64,000 bases of DNA. It comes from Candidatus Hydrogenedentota bacterium. GTDB taxonomy: Bacteria > Hydrogenedentota > Hydrogenedentia > Hydrogenedentales > SLHB01. Position numbers and translations under genes: made by a program. Where the stretch lies: NCBI GenBank assembly GCA_963745075.1, contig CAVUWV010000010.1:384001-448000 (forward strand). Direction: 5' to 3'. Positions 31,075 through 41,175 of this stretch are shown here, piece by piece. The stretch's first letter is position 1; each line of letters begins with the position of its first letter. The notes under the pieces were generated by a model. That model was not told the origin of the DNA and made no database searches. It saw nothing but the letters and a program-made list of their open reading frames with translations.

Positions 31075-32076
31075 ATGAAGAAATTCGGTTTGAACGAGAC
31101 CGTGGACATTGTCGTCGTTGGCGCGGGGCCGGCGGCGCTGGGCGTGTTGCACGCCGCGAAGCAAGCGGATTTGAAAGCCATCGCCATCGACAAAGGGCCG
31201 GTTTGCAGCGCGCTGTGTTCGCATCCCACCTATATGCGCTGGTTTTCCACGACGGACAAACTGGAACTCGCCGGGTTTCCACTCGTGACGACGGAAAAGA
31301 ATCCAACGCGTCAGGAGTACCTGAAGTATTGCCGGGCCTTCGTCAACTACTTCGACTTGAAAGTCGTCACGTATTGCGAAGTCATTTCGGTGCAACCGGC
31401 CGACGACATCTTCACGATTGTGGGCAAGGACATGTTCGGCCGCGAATACCTCTGGGTAGCCCGCAATGTCGTAATGGCCACGGGCTTCTACGACAGTCCT
31501 CGTCCCATGGGCATCCCGGGCGAGGATCTGCCCAAGGTGAATCACCGGTATACGGAAGCCCATTGGTACGCCGATCACGACGTCATGATTATCGGCGCGG
31601 GGAGTTCGGCGGCGGAAATTGCGCTGGAACTGTGGCGTAACGGCGCACGCGTGTCCGTCGCCATGCGGGGCGACCGGTTCCATACGAAATACTGGATCGA
31701 GCCCGATATCGAAAACCGAATCAAGGAGGGGTCGATCGCGTGCTTCCGCAACGTCGAAGTCCGCGAGATCCGGCCGGATGACGTATTGCTCGAGGCGCAG
31801 AGTGGGGGATTTACCATCGTCCCCAACGACTTCGTGCTCGCCATGACCGGCTACGAGCCGGATACCTCGCTCATCGAAAACGTCGGGGCCGAGGTGGACC
31901 AGGCCTGCGGTAAACCGGCATTGTCAGAGCACTTCGAGACGACGGTCCCCGGCCTCTATGTGGCGGGCACCCTCTGCGCAGGCCAGGAATCAAACATCGT
32001 CTTCGTCGAGAACAGCCGCGAACACGGCCCCGCGATCGTGCGACACATCGTCTCCAAAAGTGGTGCTAACGTATAG
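31075..32076 (+). CDS. YpdA-like FAD/NAD(P)H-dependent oxidoreductase
   Basis: GAGPAAL, FST..KLEL, PTR.EYL.Y, ATGFYD.P, GAGSSA, FVENSREH. Confidence 0.85.
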   Translation: MKKFGLNETVDIVVVGAGPAALGVLHAAKQADLKAIAIDKGPVCSALCSHPTYMRWFSTTDKLELAGFPLVTTEKNPTRQEYLKYCRAFVNYFDLKVVTYCEVISVQPADDIFTIVGKDMFGREYLWVARNVVMATGFYDSPRPMGIPGEDLPKVNHRYTEAHWYADHDVMIIGAGSSAAEIALELWRNGARVSVAMRGDRFHTKYWIEPDIENRIKEGSIACFRNVEVREIRPDDVLLEAQSGGFTIVPNDFVLAMTGYEPDTSLIENVGAEVDQACGKPALSEHFETTVPGLYVAGTLCAGQESNIVFVENSREHGPAIVRHIVSKSGANV

Positions 32077-32168
32077 ATAATTGGTTACTTGCGGCGTTGT
32101 CGCGCGCATTAATCTGCGACTCGCCCTCCAGTGCGAAGTCTTCGCAGCCAATTGCCGATGTACGAAAC

Positions 32169-32329
32169 TCCCCCTTTGAAGGGGGATCAAGGGGGATGTT
32201 GTTTGTGCTTCTTACGCCAAGTACTTATAGGCACTCACGACCCGCAACCGTCGAAAGGGGCTATCGGGCTGGATAGGTCGGCTCGCGGCTTCGGAAGAAC
32301 ATCCCCCTTGATCCCCCTTCAAAGGGGGA
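32169..32329. repeat. REP-like inverted pair, family A
   Basis: 32-bp arms 32169-32200 and 32298-32329 in inverted orientation. Confidence 0.85.
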
Positions 32330-32381
32330 ATTCACGCACGTCGGGTAAGATAAGTCGCGTGGTGCGCCGGGTCGGACGGCC

Positions 32382-33104
32382 GTGAGGTGCCATTTCATCG
32401 AAGGCGCGTCGGGTTGTGCGTATGCCATTGAGCATCAATGTGTTGCGGTTGTCGTGGATGCGCTGCGCGCCAGCGCGACGGCTGCCTACCTTCTCCACTA
32501 CGGAGCCGCGGAAATCATTGCCGTCACCGAGATTGAGCAGGCCTTTGCGGCGAGGGAACAGTATCCGGATGCGCTTCTAGCGGGGGAACGGGGCGGGCTG
32601 CCACCCGAAGGGTTTGATCTCGGCAATAGCCCACGCCTAATCCAGGGGGTTGAGGGTCGCCGCGTCATCTTTACCACGACTACCGGCGCGGGCAGACTGG
32701 TCGCATGTTGCAGTGCCCCAGTAATTTACATGGGCACGACCGTCAACGCCGCCGCCGTGGCCCATTCCATCCGCGCGCACGGAAGGGACATCGTACTCAT
32801 TCCGGCGGGTCTGATGACCGACCCAAACTTCGACGCCCAGGAAGACTGGGTCGCGGCCGCAGCCATCGGCATAGCACTAGACCTTCCAACAGGGGAGGGA
32901 CACGACCGGTTCGACTACTGGCGCGCGCGGGTCAAGTCAGAGGGCTTACCCCAACTCTTTGCTACTGCTCCCCATGCGGAGAAGCTTCGCTCCGTGGGCC
33001 TCGAAGAGGATATTCCGTTCTGTGCGCAACTCGACACGGTGACCACTGTGCCGAAGGTGCTGGGAAAGAACGATTTCGGCGTGACGGTAGGTCTTTATGC
33101 GTAA
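32382..33104 (+). CDS. comB: 2-phosphosulfolactate phosphatase family protein
   Basis: VVVDALRASAT, LLAGERGG..PEGFDLGNSP, TTTTG, QED motifs. Confidence 0.85.
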   Translation: MRCHFIEGASGCAYAIEHQCVAVVVDALRASATAAYLLHYGAAEIIAVTEIEQAFAAREQYPDALLAGERGGLPPEGFDLGNSPRLIQGVEGRRVIFTTTTGAGRLVACCSAPVIYMGTTVNAAAVAHSIRAHGRDIVLIPAGLMTDPNFDAQEDWVAAAAIGIALDLPTGEGHDRFDYWRARVKSEGLPQLFATAPHAEKLRSVGLEEDIPFCAQLDTVTTVPKVLGKNDFGVTVGLYA

Positions 33105-33155
33105 TCGATGGTATTATGGCTTTGGAAACTGGCTTCTGCACCTTGGACGAAGGTT

Positions 33156-33371
33156 ATGGGACGACTGCACAAAAACATAATCACTGATGAAAATGGCAGA
33201 CCAGTCGCCGTGCAGATTGACTACGCCGATTGGCTGGCACTTGAGCCGAAACTTGCTGAAGTACAAGCGTCCGTGGCGCGGAAGACGAATCTCGCCAAAC
33301 ATGCTGGAGTACTTGCGGCTGGTCTCGATCCCTTGGAGTACCAAAATGCGATTCGCAGCGAGTGGGGATGA
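33156..33371 (+). CDS. Putative type II antitoxin
   Basis: 71 aa, ITDENGRPVAVQI..DW and DPLEYQ..IRSEW; ATGA overlap with the downstream PIN gene. Confidence 0.7.
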   Translation: MGRLHKNIITDENGRPVAVQIDYADWLALEPKLAEVQASVARKTNLAKHAGVLAAGLDPLEYQNAIRSEWG

Positions 33372-33733
33372 TACGCGTACTCGACACGAACGCTGCATTG
33401 TATTTGCTTCAAGGCAAGCTCGCGGAACCGCTTGAGGATGCCGAATACGCGGTCTCCGTGATTACCGAATTGGAGCTTCTTTGCTTTCCCGATATCACTG
33501 AAGAGGAAGAAACGCTTATCAAACGGTTTCTTGCTGACGTGAAAGTCGTTGGTATTACGGACGACGTGAAGGATTCTGCAATTCGCCTGCGTCGTCGGCA
33601 CAAGCTCCCCCTTCCCGATGCAATAATTTGCGCCACAGCTTTCGTTCTTGATGCGGTACTCGTGACAAACGACGCTAAAGTAGCTAAGGTCGTGGATGTA
33701 AATTGTATCGGACTTGAATTAAGAAACGGCTAA
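33368..33733 (+). CDS. vapC: PIN-domain VapC toxin
   Basis: LDTNA, SVITELEL, LPDAIICATA, LVTND. Confidence 0.9.
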   Translation: MIRVLDTNAALYLLQGKLAEPLEDAEYAVSVITELELLCFPDITEEEETLIKRFLADVKVVGITDDVKDSAIRLRRRHKLPLPDAIICATAFVLDAVLVTNDAKVAKVVDVNCIGLELRNG

Positions 33734-33841
33734 GAGCCCCTTTTATAGGAACTTAGGCGCTTCGCGGGTTTCTTCCTTCGGCAAACCGCTCGCGCCGTAT
33801 GATAGAATGCATTCAGTGAGTAGAGTACTGGGAGCGATTTC

Positions 33842-34036
33842 ATGGCAGGGGCATCATCCATCGCCGCGCTCGGCGCGGGACTTGAAAGCGCGCGGTTGGA
33901 AACGGAATACCAGGCGCTGGCGCTGCGGCGTCAAGTGGACGCGCTTAACCTCCAAGGCGACCTCGCCCTCCAACTCATCCAGTCCGCCGTCATCACGGAC
34001 CAGGCCGTCGGCGCGAATCTTGACGTGACCGCGTAA
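33842..34036 (+). CDS. YjfB-like small putative motility protein
   Basis: 64 aa ending ALQLIQSA...VGANLDVTA; GGAG RBS. Confidence 0.6.
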   Translation: MAGASSIAALGAGLESARLETEYQALALRRQVDALNLQGDLALQLIQSAVITDQAVGANLDVTA

Positions 34037-34114
34037 GCGGCGCGACGGAGTCCTTTTCCTACCCAAACCTTCCCGCGTCATGTATCCTTGGATCACCGGG
34101 AGGGCAGGGTGCAC

Positions 34115-34945
34115 ATGGGAATCAACTTCTGGCTGTATATCGCCATCTTCGCGGTTTTATTCGTCATCATCCAGAAGGCACTGAGTCACAGCAATCCCGC
34201 AGCGGGCGGCGCGGCCAAGAAGATCCGCGGACAACTCGAAGAGCTCTACGCCAACCCGCACGAATTCCGCGAGGTGACGCCGCAGGAGTTTCCGCACATC
34301 AACCCCGAGCATTACGACGTGTGTGAACGTTGGCTTGCAACGCAGGGGTTCAAGAAGGCGGCCGACCTCGAGGACCTCACGTTGTCCCGAGTGTATCCAA
34401 ATACGCGTACGTTTCTTCGCGTGTTTCTCAGTAAAGACGGATCGATCGTGGCGGCGTGTTACGACATTAATCCCAAGGGGTGGATGAAGTTGTTGCAGTG
34501 GGTTCACTTGATGCCGCAGCGTTTTCGCACGCTGGATTTTGAAACGGAGTTTGTCAATGGCGCGTTTCTGCGCACGTCAAATTCGTTGGGCAAACAACTG
34601 CTCGACGAGCCACCCGCCATCAGCCAAAACCTCTTCTCCGACGACACGCCCTTTGAAGAACTGCTGGCCTTTCACCGTGATACCATGGCCGACTGGCGTC
34701 AGATCGACGAAGGGTTTGCGCCGCGGTTGTGCACCAATCTTGATGACCTTATCGCCATGCAATACCGCGAGCAGGAAATCACCAGCGCGTGGCGCAAAGA
34801 GATCGGCTACGTCACGTCTGAAGAAATGAAACGCATGGCCGGAAAGTCGGGACAGGGACAGAAGAACGCCGAACAAGTCATGCAAGAGATTCAGCGGATC
34901 AACGAAAAGAAACGTCCCGGCCCTCCGCCCACGCCGGGAGCATAA
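34115..34945 (+). CDS. Hypothetical membrane-anchored protein
   Basis: Long ORF with N-terminal TM helix and typical codon usage. Confidence 0.65.
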   Translation: MGINFWLYIAIFAVLFVIIQKALSHSNPAAGGAAKKIRGQLEELYANPHEFREVTPQEFPHINPEHYDVCERWLATQGFKKAADLEDLTLSRVYPNTRTFLRVFLSKDGSIVAACYDINPKGWMKLLQWVHLMPQRFRTLDFETEFVNGAFLRTSNSLGKQLLDEPPAISQNLFSDDTPFEELLAFHRDTMADWRQIDEGFAPRLCTNLDDLIAMQYREQEITSAWRKEIGYVTSEEMKRMAGKSGQGQKNAEQVMQEIQRINEKKRPGPPPTPGA

Positions 34946-36490
34946 CTACTCCCACTCGATGGTGCCGGGGGGTTTGCTGGTGACGTCGTAGAGGACGCGG
35001 TTGATGTGTTTGACCTCGTTGCAGATCCGGTTGGAGATGCGTTGGAGGACGTCGGGTGGGAAGCGGAACCAGTCCGCGGTCATGGCGTCTTCGGAGGTGA
35101 CGGCGCGGAGGGAGCAGACTTCTTCGTAGGTGCGCTCGTCGCCCTGCACGCCGACGCTTCGAACGGGTAACAAGCACACCAAGGCCTGCCAGATATCGCG
35201 ATACAATCCCGCGTTCCGAATCTCGTCGATGAAGATGGCATCGGCATCGCGCAACGTGTCGAGGCGCTCTTTCGTGACCGCGCCGATGCAGCGCACGCCG
35301 AGGCCCGGACCGGGGAACGGATGCCGCCACACGATGTCGTCGGGCAAGCCGAGTTCTTTGCCGAGCGCGCGCACTTCGTCTTTGAACAGTTCGCGCAACG
35401 GTTCGACGAGTTGAAGGTTCATGTGCTCGGGGAGCCCGCCCACATTGTGATGGCTTTTGATCGTGACGGATGGTCCACCCGTCGCCGACACACTTTCTAT
35501 GACGTCGGGATAGAGCGTTCCTTGCGCGAGGAAGTCGACGCCTTCTAGTCGGGTCGCCTCTTCTTCAAACACGTCGATGAAGAGTTTGCCGATGATTTTG
35601 CGTTTCTCTTCCGGCTCGGAGACTCCCGCCAACCCGTCGAGGAACCGATCCTCCGCGTCGACGTAGTGCAGGTCCACGTGGAAATTGTCGCGAAAGACTT
35701 TTTGCACGAGGTCCGCTTCACCTTTGCGGAGGAGTCCGTTGTTCACAAAAATGCACGAGAGCCGGTCGCCGATGGCTTTGTGAATGAGGGCCGCCGCGAC
35801 GCTGCTGTCTACGCCACCGCTTAACCCGCACACGACGCGTCCGCCGCCGACTTGTTCGCGCACGGTTTTCACCGCCGCGTCGAGGTAGGAGCCCATGTCC
35901 CAATCGGACGCGCAGCCGCAGACCTTGTGCACGAAGTTGGAGAGCAACTGCGGACCCTGCGGCGTGTGGACGACCTCGGGATGGAATTGTACGCCGTACA
36001 GTTTGCGTTTCGGATCGGCAATGGCCGCGAAAGGGCAATTCTCCGTGGTGCCGATGGTCGTGAAGCCGCTCGGCAACTGCGTGATCGCATCGCCGTGACT
36101 CATCCACACCTGCGTGCGCGACTCCATGCCGTCGAGAAACCCCGCGCCGTCGGTATGCTCGAGGTGGGCGATGCCGTATTCGCGTTTCGAGGCGCGCTCG
36201 ACTTTTCCGCCGAGCATGTCGGCGAAGAGCTGCGTGCCATAGCAAATGCCGAGCACGGGAACGCCCAGTTCAAACACGCCGGGGTCCGGTTTCGGCGCAC
36301 CGTTCGCGTGGACGCTAGCCGGACCGCCGCTGAAGATGATGCCGGCCGGTTGCTGCGATTTGATGGTGTCCAACGGTGTGTTGAACGGCATGATGAGACT
36401 GAAGACCTTCGCCTCGCGGACGCGGCGCGCGATCAGCTTGCTGTATTGCGCGCCGAAGTCGAGAACGATGATGGGTTTGCTGTGTTGCAT
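34946..36490 (-). CDS. guaA: GMP synthase (glutamine-hydrolysing)
   Basis: [41 protein letters not shown]. Confidence 0.98.
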   Translation of the reverse strand: MQHSKPIIVLDFGAQYSKLIARRVREAKVFSLIMPFNTPLDTIKSQQPAGIIFSGGPASVHANGAPKPDPGVFELGVPVLGICYGTQLFADMLGGKVERASKREYGIAHLEHTDGAGFLDGMESRTQVWMSHGDAITQLPSGFTTIGTTENCPFAAIADPKRKLYGVQFHPEVVHTPQGPQLLSNFVHKVCGCASDWDMGSYLDAAVKTVREQVGGGRVVCGLSGGVDSSVAAALIHKAIGDRLSCIFVNNGLLRKGEADLVQKVFRDNFHVDLHYVDAEDRFLDGLAGVSEPEEKRKIIGKLFIDVFEEEATRLEGVDFLAQGTLYPDVIESVSATGGPSVTIKSHHNVGGLPEHMNLQLVEPLRELFKDEVRALGKELGLPDDIVWRHPFPGPGLGVRCIGAVTKERLDTLRDADAIFIDEIRNAGLYRDIWQALVCLLPVRSVGVQGDERTYEEVCSLRAVTSEDAMTADWFRFPPDVLQRISNRICNEVKHINRVLYDVTSKPPGTIEWE

Positions 36491-36512
36491 TGGTTGTCTC
36501 GCGGTGGGGCGA

Positions 36513-38021
36513 TCACGTTTCCGGAGCGATGTCGCTTTCCTTCAGTTCGACGTCGTGCGCGCCGCCTTCCCGGATGCCGATGGCGGAGACGAGCGTGATC
36601 CGCGCGGTCCGGTGCAATTCAGGGATGGACAGGGAACCGCAGTTGCACATGGTCGACTTGACCTTGCCCACGGTCATGTCGAGATTGTCTTTCAAGCGTC
36701 CCGCGTAAGGCACGTACGCGTCGACACCTTCTTCGAAACTTAATTTTGAATCGCCGCCCACGTCGTAGCGTTGCCAGTTGCGCGCCCGGTCGGATCCTTC
36801 CCCCCAATACTCTTTCATGTAATTACCGCGTATACGCAGCCGCCGTCCGGGACTCTCGTCGAAACGGGCGAAGTAACGCCCCTGCATCACAAAATCGGCA
36901 CCCATGGCGAGGGCGAGCACCACATGATAATCGAGCACGATGCCGCCGTCGGAACAGATGGGCACGTAGATGCCGGTGTCCTCCAAATACCGATCGCGCG
37001 CTTTCGCGACTTCGATCACCGACGTGGCCTGGCCGCGGCCAATGCCTTTCTGTTCGCGCGTGATACAGATAGACGCCGGGCCGATGCCGACCTTGACAAA
37101 GTCCGCGCCCGCGTCCACAAGATAACGAAACCCTTCTTCCTCAACGACGTTGCCGCCGCCGATCTTGACGTTGTCGCCGTAAGTTTCTTTCACCCAGTGA
37201 ATGGTTTCGTATTGCCATTCCGAGAATCCGTCGGACGAATCCACGCAGAGCACGTCGACGCCCGCGTCCACCAACGCGGGCACGCGATCTTTGTAGTCGC
37301 GCGAGTTGATGCCCGCGCCCACAACGAGCCGTTTTTCGGCGTCGACCAACTCGTCGGGGTTCTCTTTGTGCTGGTCGTAGTCTTTGCGGAAAACGAGATA
37401 ACGAAGCTGGTGCTGTTCATTGATAATGGGGAGGCAATTGAGCTTGTGCTCCCAGATGATCTCGTTGGCTTCGCTGAGGGTGACGCCTTCTTGCCCGTAA
37501 AACAGTTTGTCGAAAGGCGTCATGAACTTCTCGATCGGCGCGTCGCGTCCCGCTTTGTTGATGCGGTAATCGCGACTGGTGAGGATTCCGAGCAAGGTGC
37601 CGTTCGCCGACCCGTCTTCCGTGACGGGAATCGTGGAATGGCCGGTCTTGGCAATGAGATCGACCACGTCGCCGAGCGTTTGGTCCGGGCGCAGGTTCGC
37701 GTCGCTCGGCACGAATCCGGCTTTGAACTTCTTCACGCGGCGCACCATGTCCGCCTGCAATTCGATCGGTTGGGATCCGAAGATGAACGAGATGCCGCCG
37801 AACCGCGCCAGGGCGATGGCCATGGTGTCGTTCGACACGGCCTGCATGATGGCCGAAGCAAAGGGGATGTTCAGGTGATTGGCCGGTTCGTCGCCCTTCT
37901 TGAATTTGACGAGTGGTGTGCGCAGGCTCACGTTCGACGGGGAGCAGTCCTTCGTCGTCCGATTGGGGATGAGGAGATACTCGCTGAAGGTGCGCGAGGG
38001 CTCGTTATAATACGTTGCCAC
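36513..38021 (-). CDS. guaB: IMP dehydrogenase with CBS domains
   Basis: [36 protein letters not shown]; directly upstream of guaA. Confidence 0.95.
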   Translation of the reverse strand: MATYYNEPSRTFSEYLLIPNRTTKDCSPSNVSLRTPLVKFKKGDEPANHLNIPFASAIMQAVSNDTMAIALARFGGISFIFGSQPIELQADMVRRVKKFKAGFVPSDANLRPDQTLGDVVDLIAKTGHSTIPVTEDGSANGTLLGILTSRDYRINKAGRDAPIEKFMTPFDKLFYGQEGVTLSEANEIIWEHKLNCLPIINEQHQLRYLVFRKDYDQHKENPDELVDAEKRLVVGAGINSRDYKDRVPALVDAGVDVLCVDSSDGFSEWQYETIHWVKETYGDNVKIGGGNVVEEEGFRYLVDAGADFVKVGIGPASICITREQKGIGRGQATSVIEVAKARDRYLEDTGIYVPICSDGGIVLDYHVVLALAMGADFVMQGRYFARFDESPGRRLRIRGNYMKEYWGEGSDRARNWQRYDVGGDSKLSFEEGVDAYVPYAGRLKDNLDMTVGKVKSTMCNCGSLSIPELHRTARITLVSAIGIREGGAHDVELKESDIAPET

Positions 38022-38167
38022 GGGCGCTCTCCTGTGATGGGCCGCACGATATATCGCGGCTGCTGGGTAGATCGGGACTCCTTCGACTTCCTGTGCTCAT
38101 GGGTACTCGCCGGTTCGGGAACGACTTCCAAATCCCCAAGGAACAAAGGGTTCCTTTGGAATCGGGT

Positions 38168-38196
38168 ATTATAAGTTCACCCCATGATGCAGTCAA
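38168..38196 (-). promoter_or_regulatory. Sigma70-type promoter of guaBA
   Basis: TTGACT-17 bp-TATAAT on the minus strand. Confidence 0.75.
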
Positions 38197-38354
38197 ATTC
38201 GGCGCACGGCCGCCGCCGGATATCGGTCCGAATCCCGCAGCCCTTTCGGTTTTTTGACGCTGTCACGGGCGTTTGCTAGGCTTCCCATTTTCAATCTGCG
38301 CAGGAACTTGCCGGCAGCAGGGGCCAGTGAGATCGGCGGGACGGTGGAGGCGAA

Positions 38355-39797
38355 ATGACGGTTGGTGTCATCGGTGGGGGTCCGGCCGGAGCGACGGCCG
38401 CATATGAACTCGCGCGGCAGGGCGTCGATGTGGACCTCTACGAAGCCAGCGCACACATGGGCGGCCTTGCCCGGTCCCTGTCGCTGTGGGGGCAGACCGT
38501 AGACCTGGGTCCCCACCGTTTTTTCAGCAAGCTTCGTCGCGTCAATGGCTTATGGCTGGATGTCGCCGGCTCCGACTATGTCATGGTCAAGCGCAACACG
38601 CGGATCTACTATGACGGCAAGTTCTTCCACTATCCGCTGGTTCCTCGCAACGCCCTGACCGAACTGGGCCCGTTCGAGGCCTCGCGCTGCGTGATGAGCT
38701 ATTTTCGCGAGAAGGTCGCCCCCAGCGAATCGGCGCCCTACGACACCTTCGAATCATGGGTTGTAAATCGCTTTGGAAGAAGGCTCTACGAAATCTTCTT
38801 CAAGACGTACAGCGAAAAGCTTTGGGGGATTCCGTGCACGAATCTGGATTCGGATTTTGCCGCGCAACGGATCAAACGGCTCGACCTGATGGAAGCGGTG
38901 AAGAATGCCCTCCGCGCCAAGGGGGATGGCGCCGGACAACACCGAACGCTCGTTGACGAATTTGCCTATCCCCTGCATGGCACGGGGATGATTTACGAGC
39001 GCATGGCCGAGCGCGTGCGCCAGAACGGGGGACGCGTTCACCTCGAGACGCCCGTTCGCCGGGTGCTGACACGCCAGGGCCGGGCCCACGCCCTCGAACT
39101 GGAAGACGGTTCGCAGCGGAAGTACGACCACATCATCTCTTCCATGCCGATCGGTCTTCTCGTGACCCGGCTTCCGGAAGTGCCGGACGCGATTTACACG
39201 GCCGCTCAGTCCCTCCGATTCCGCAACACAATCCTCGTGTACGTGAACGTAGCGTGCGAGAACTTGTTCCCGGATCAGTGGCTGTACGTGCATTCCGCGG
39301 CGCTCAAGATGGGCCGCTTGACAAACTTCCGGAACTGGTCGCCGGCGCTGTATGGCGACGCCTCCGGGAGCATTCTGGCCCTGGAATATTGGGCAAATGA
39401 CGACGATCCGCTATGGGCAACGGATCCGGCAGTGCTGATCGATCTCGCAAAAAGTGAATTGCGTTCCACAAACCTTATTGGCGACGCCGCTATCACCGAT
39501 GCGTCGGTCCATAAGATCCATCGCTGTTATCCCGTCTACAATGCCGGATATAAATCAAGACTGTATCCGGTCCAGGATTATCTGCGCGGAATCGAGGGGC
39601 TTCAGGCGATCGGGCGCTACGGGGCCTTCAAATACAACAATCAGGATCACAGCATCTTGATGGGATCGCTCGCGGCGGAAAACATTGTCAAGGGTGCCGG
39701 CCACGACCTTTGGGCCGTCAACACCGACTACGACGAGTACCAGGAATCGGCTCGGATTACGGAGTTGGGCTTGCAGGAATCGGAGTCGAATTCGTAA
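38355..39797 (+). CDS. FAD-dependent oxidoreductase (protoporphyrinogen oxidase / UDP-galactopyranose mutase-like)
   Basis: GGGPAG, GGLARS, DLGPHRFF, YSEKLWG, GRYGAFKYNNQDHS. Confidence 0.8.
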   Translation: MTVGVIGGGPAGATAAYELARQGVDVDLYEASAHMGGLARSLSLWGQTVDLGPHRFFSKLRRVNGLWLDVAGSDYVMVKRNTRIYYDGKFFHYPLVPRNALTELGPFEASRCVMSYFREKVAPSESAPYDTFESWVVNRFGRRLYEIFFKTYSEKLWGIPCTNLDSDFAAQRIKRLDLMEAVKNALRAKGDGAGQHRTLVDEFAYPLHGTGMIYERMAERVRQNGGRVHLETPVRRVLTRQGRAHALELEDGSQRKYDHIISSMPIGLLVTRLPEVPDAIYTAAQSLRFRNTILVYVNVACENLFPDQWLYVHSAALKMGRLTNFRNWSPALYGDASGSILALEYWANDDDPLWATDPAVLIDLAKSELRSTNLIGDAAITDASVHKIHRCYPVYNAGYKSRLYPVQDYLRGIEGLQAIGRYGAFKYNNQDHSILMGSLAAENIVKGAGHDLWAVNTDYDEYQESARITELGLQESESNS

Positions 39798-39949
39798 AGG
39801 GAAATCGAGGGATACCGTCAAATACCGGTCAGTTGACGGCGACAAAGGTCGTCAACTGCGCGCAAAAAGTGTCGCTTCCTTCCCTGAGGCCAAGGGGCCT
39901 TGCGTGTGTAAGTTATTAATGTATAACGTTTTGAAAACTAAGAGGCGCT

Positions 39950-39965
39950 TGGCACGCGTTGTGCT
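39950..39965 (+). promoter_or_regulatory. Sigma54 (-24/-12) promoter candidate with an IHF-like site at 39924-39936
   Basis: TGGCACGCGTTGTGCT vs consensus TGGCACG-N4-TTGCW (one mismatch); TAACGTTTTGAAA upstream. Confidence 0.6.
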
Positions 39966-40071
39966 CCTCCCGGGATAGTTGAATCTCAGACGTTCCGCAA
40001 CGGGTTACGCGGCAGTCGGCGCCCTCTCCTGGGGCGCCCTTTCTTGGGCCTCTGAGAAGCGAGGATTTCGA

Positions 40072-40100
40072 TTGACAGGTTCCCGGGTCGATGTTATACT
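40072..40100 (+). promoter_or_regulatory. Strong sigma70-type promoter
   Basis: TTGACA-17 bp-TATACT with extended -10 TG. Confidence 0.75.
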
Positions 40101-40316
40101 GCGACCACTGTTATCGGTCGAGCCGTGGGAGGACTCGCGGTAACGGAGCCCGATTAAAGAGGTGCGGTAATCGGTGTGAGGGGAAATTCGGTAAACGCAC
40201 ATGCGGGTCTAACAAAGCGGGGTTATACTTTCCACTATCGCCTGTAATACCCAAACGGGTTGTTACCCTTAAAGGTCTGGTATGCAGTGTTCTCAAGGAA
40301 GGAGGTGAATGAATCT

Positions 40317-40781
40317 ATGAAAAAAGTAGCTGTTTTTGTTGCGATCCTCGGATTGGGTGCCATGACGGCGCTGGCAGGTACGATTTCGGTTCCTCACTAC
40401 GTTGACCGTGGTACTGATACCGATAGCGGTCTGTTCCCGCCCTCGTTGGACGCTTCGTGGGTTGTGTTGAAGAACAACACAGCGTCGCCTCAGGTGTACA
40501 CGTTGCTGTACTTCTCCCTGAAGGGAGATGACCTGTCCCCGACGGACAACACGTTCTCCATCGCGGGGAATTCGGCGCGTGGTTGGCGTCCGTTCAACAC
40601 TTCGGACGGAAACCAGGGTGCGGGTGCAAGTATTCCGCACGCGCAGTCGATCGCTCCGACCGCGCCGGATGGCGTGGGATCGATCACGATCCTGTACAGC
40701 GACCCGGCGGCTCCGTCCGGTCGTGTACTTATCAACCAGGCGGGTTCGAATTCGTCTTACGCGTATTCTTTGATCCCGTAA
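40317..40781 (+). CDS. Small secreted protein of unknown function; single-domain paralog of the 10567-12105 repeats; probably highly expressed
   Basis: AAGGAGGTGA RBS; signal peptide MKKVAVFVAILGLGAMTALA; codon usage rich in CGT/GGT/GTT/AAC. Confidence 0.85.
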   Translation: MKKVAVFVAILGLGAMTALAGTISVPHYVDRGTDTDSGLFPPSLDASWVVLKNNTASPQVYTLLYFSLKGDDLSPTDNTFSIAGNSARGWRPFNTSDGNQGAGASIPHAQSIAPTAPDGVGSITILYSDPAAPSGRVLINQAGSNSSYAYSLIP

Positions 40782-40834
40782 AATATGTCACAGCCCTGGG
40801 GCTCAGGTATTCGAGCCTGGTTGGTGATAATTGG

Positions 40835-40874
40835 TGGGGTGGCCCGTCCGCGGGGGGGGCCACCCCATTTTTTT
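40835..40874 (+). terminator. Intrinsic terminator
   Basis: TGGGGTGGCCC...GGGCCACCCCA 11-bp stem followed by a T7 run. Confidence 0.85.
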
Positions 40875-41175
40875 CTGCCCGCTAGCCCGTATTTCTCACC
40901 ACCCATCGGTATTCTGATGGACTCAGTCTTAGAGTGTGTTTCCAATGTAGGGTATTTGTCGTCATCCTGGGTGGCTACGTGCATCAGGAGCAGATTGGAA
41001 GCCCGCACCACGATTTAGCCTTTTTTGTTGGACAGCATCGGGACCACTCTTGAAGTACGCTCTGAGGAACTCGCGCGGACGGGAACCGTTCCCGTTTACA
41101 GGAACATCCCAATTCCGAGTGGCGATTTTCGGAGAACGTCGAGAGCGTAAGTCCAGTGGCACCGGAAAGGGCGGG

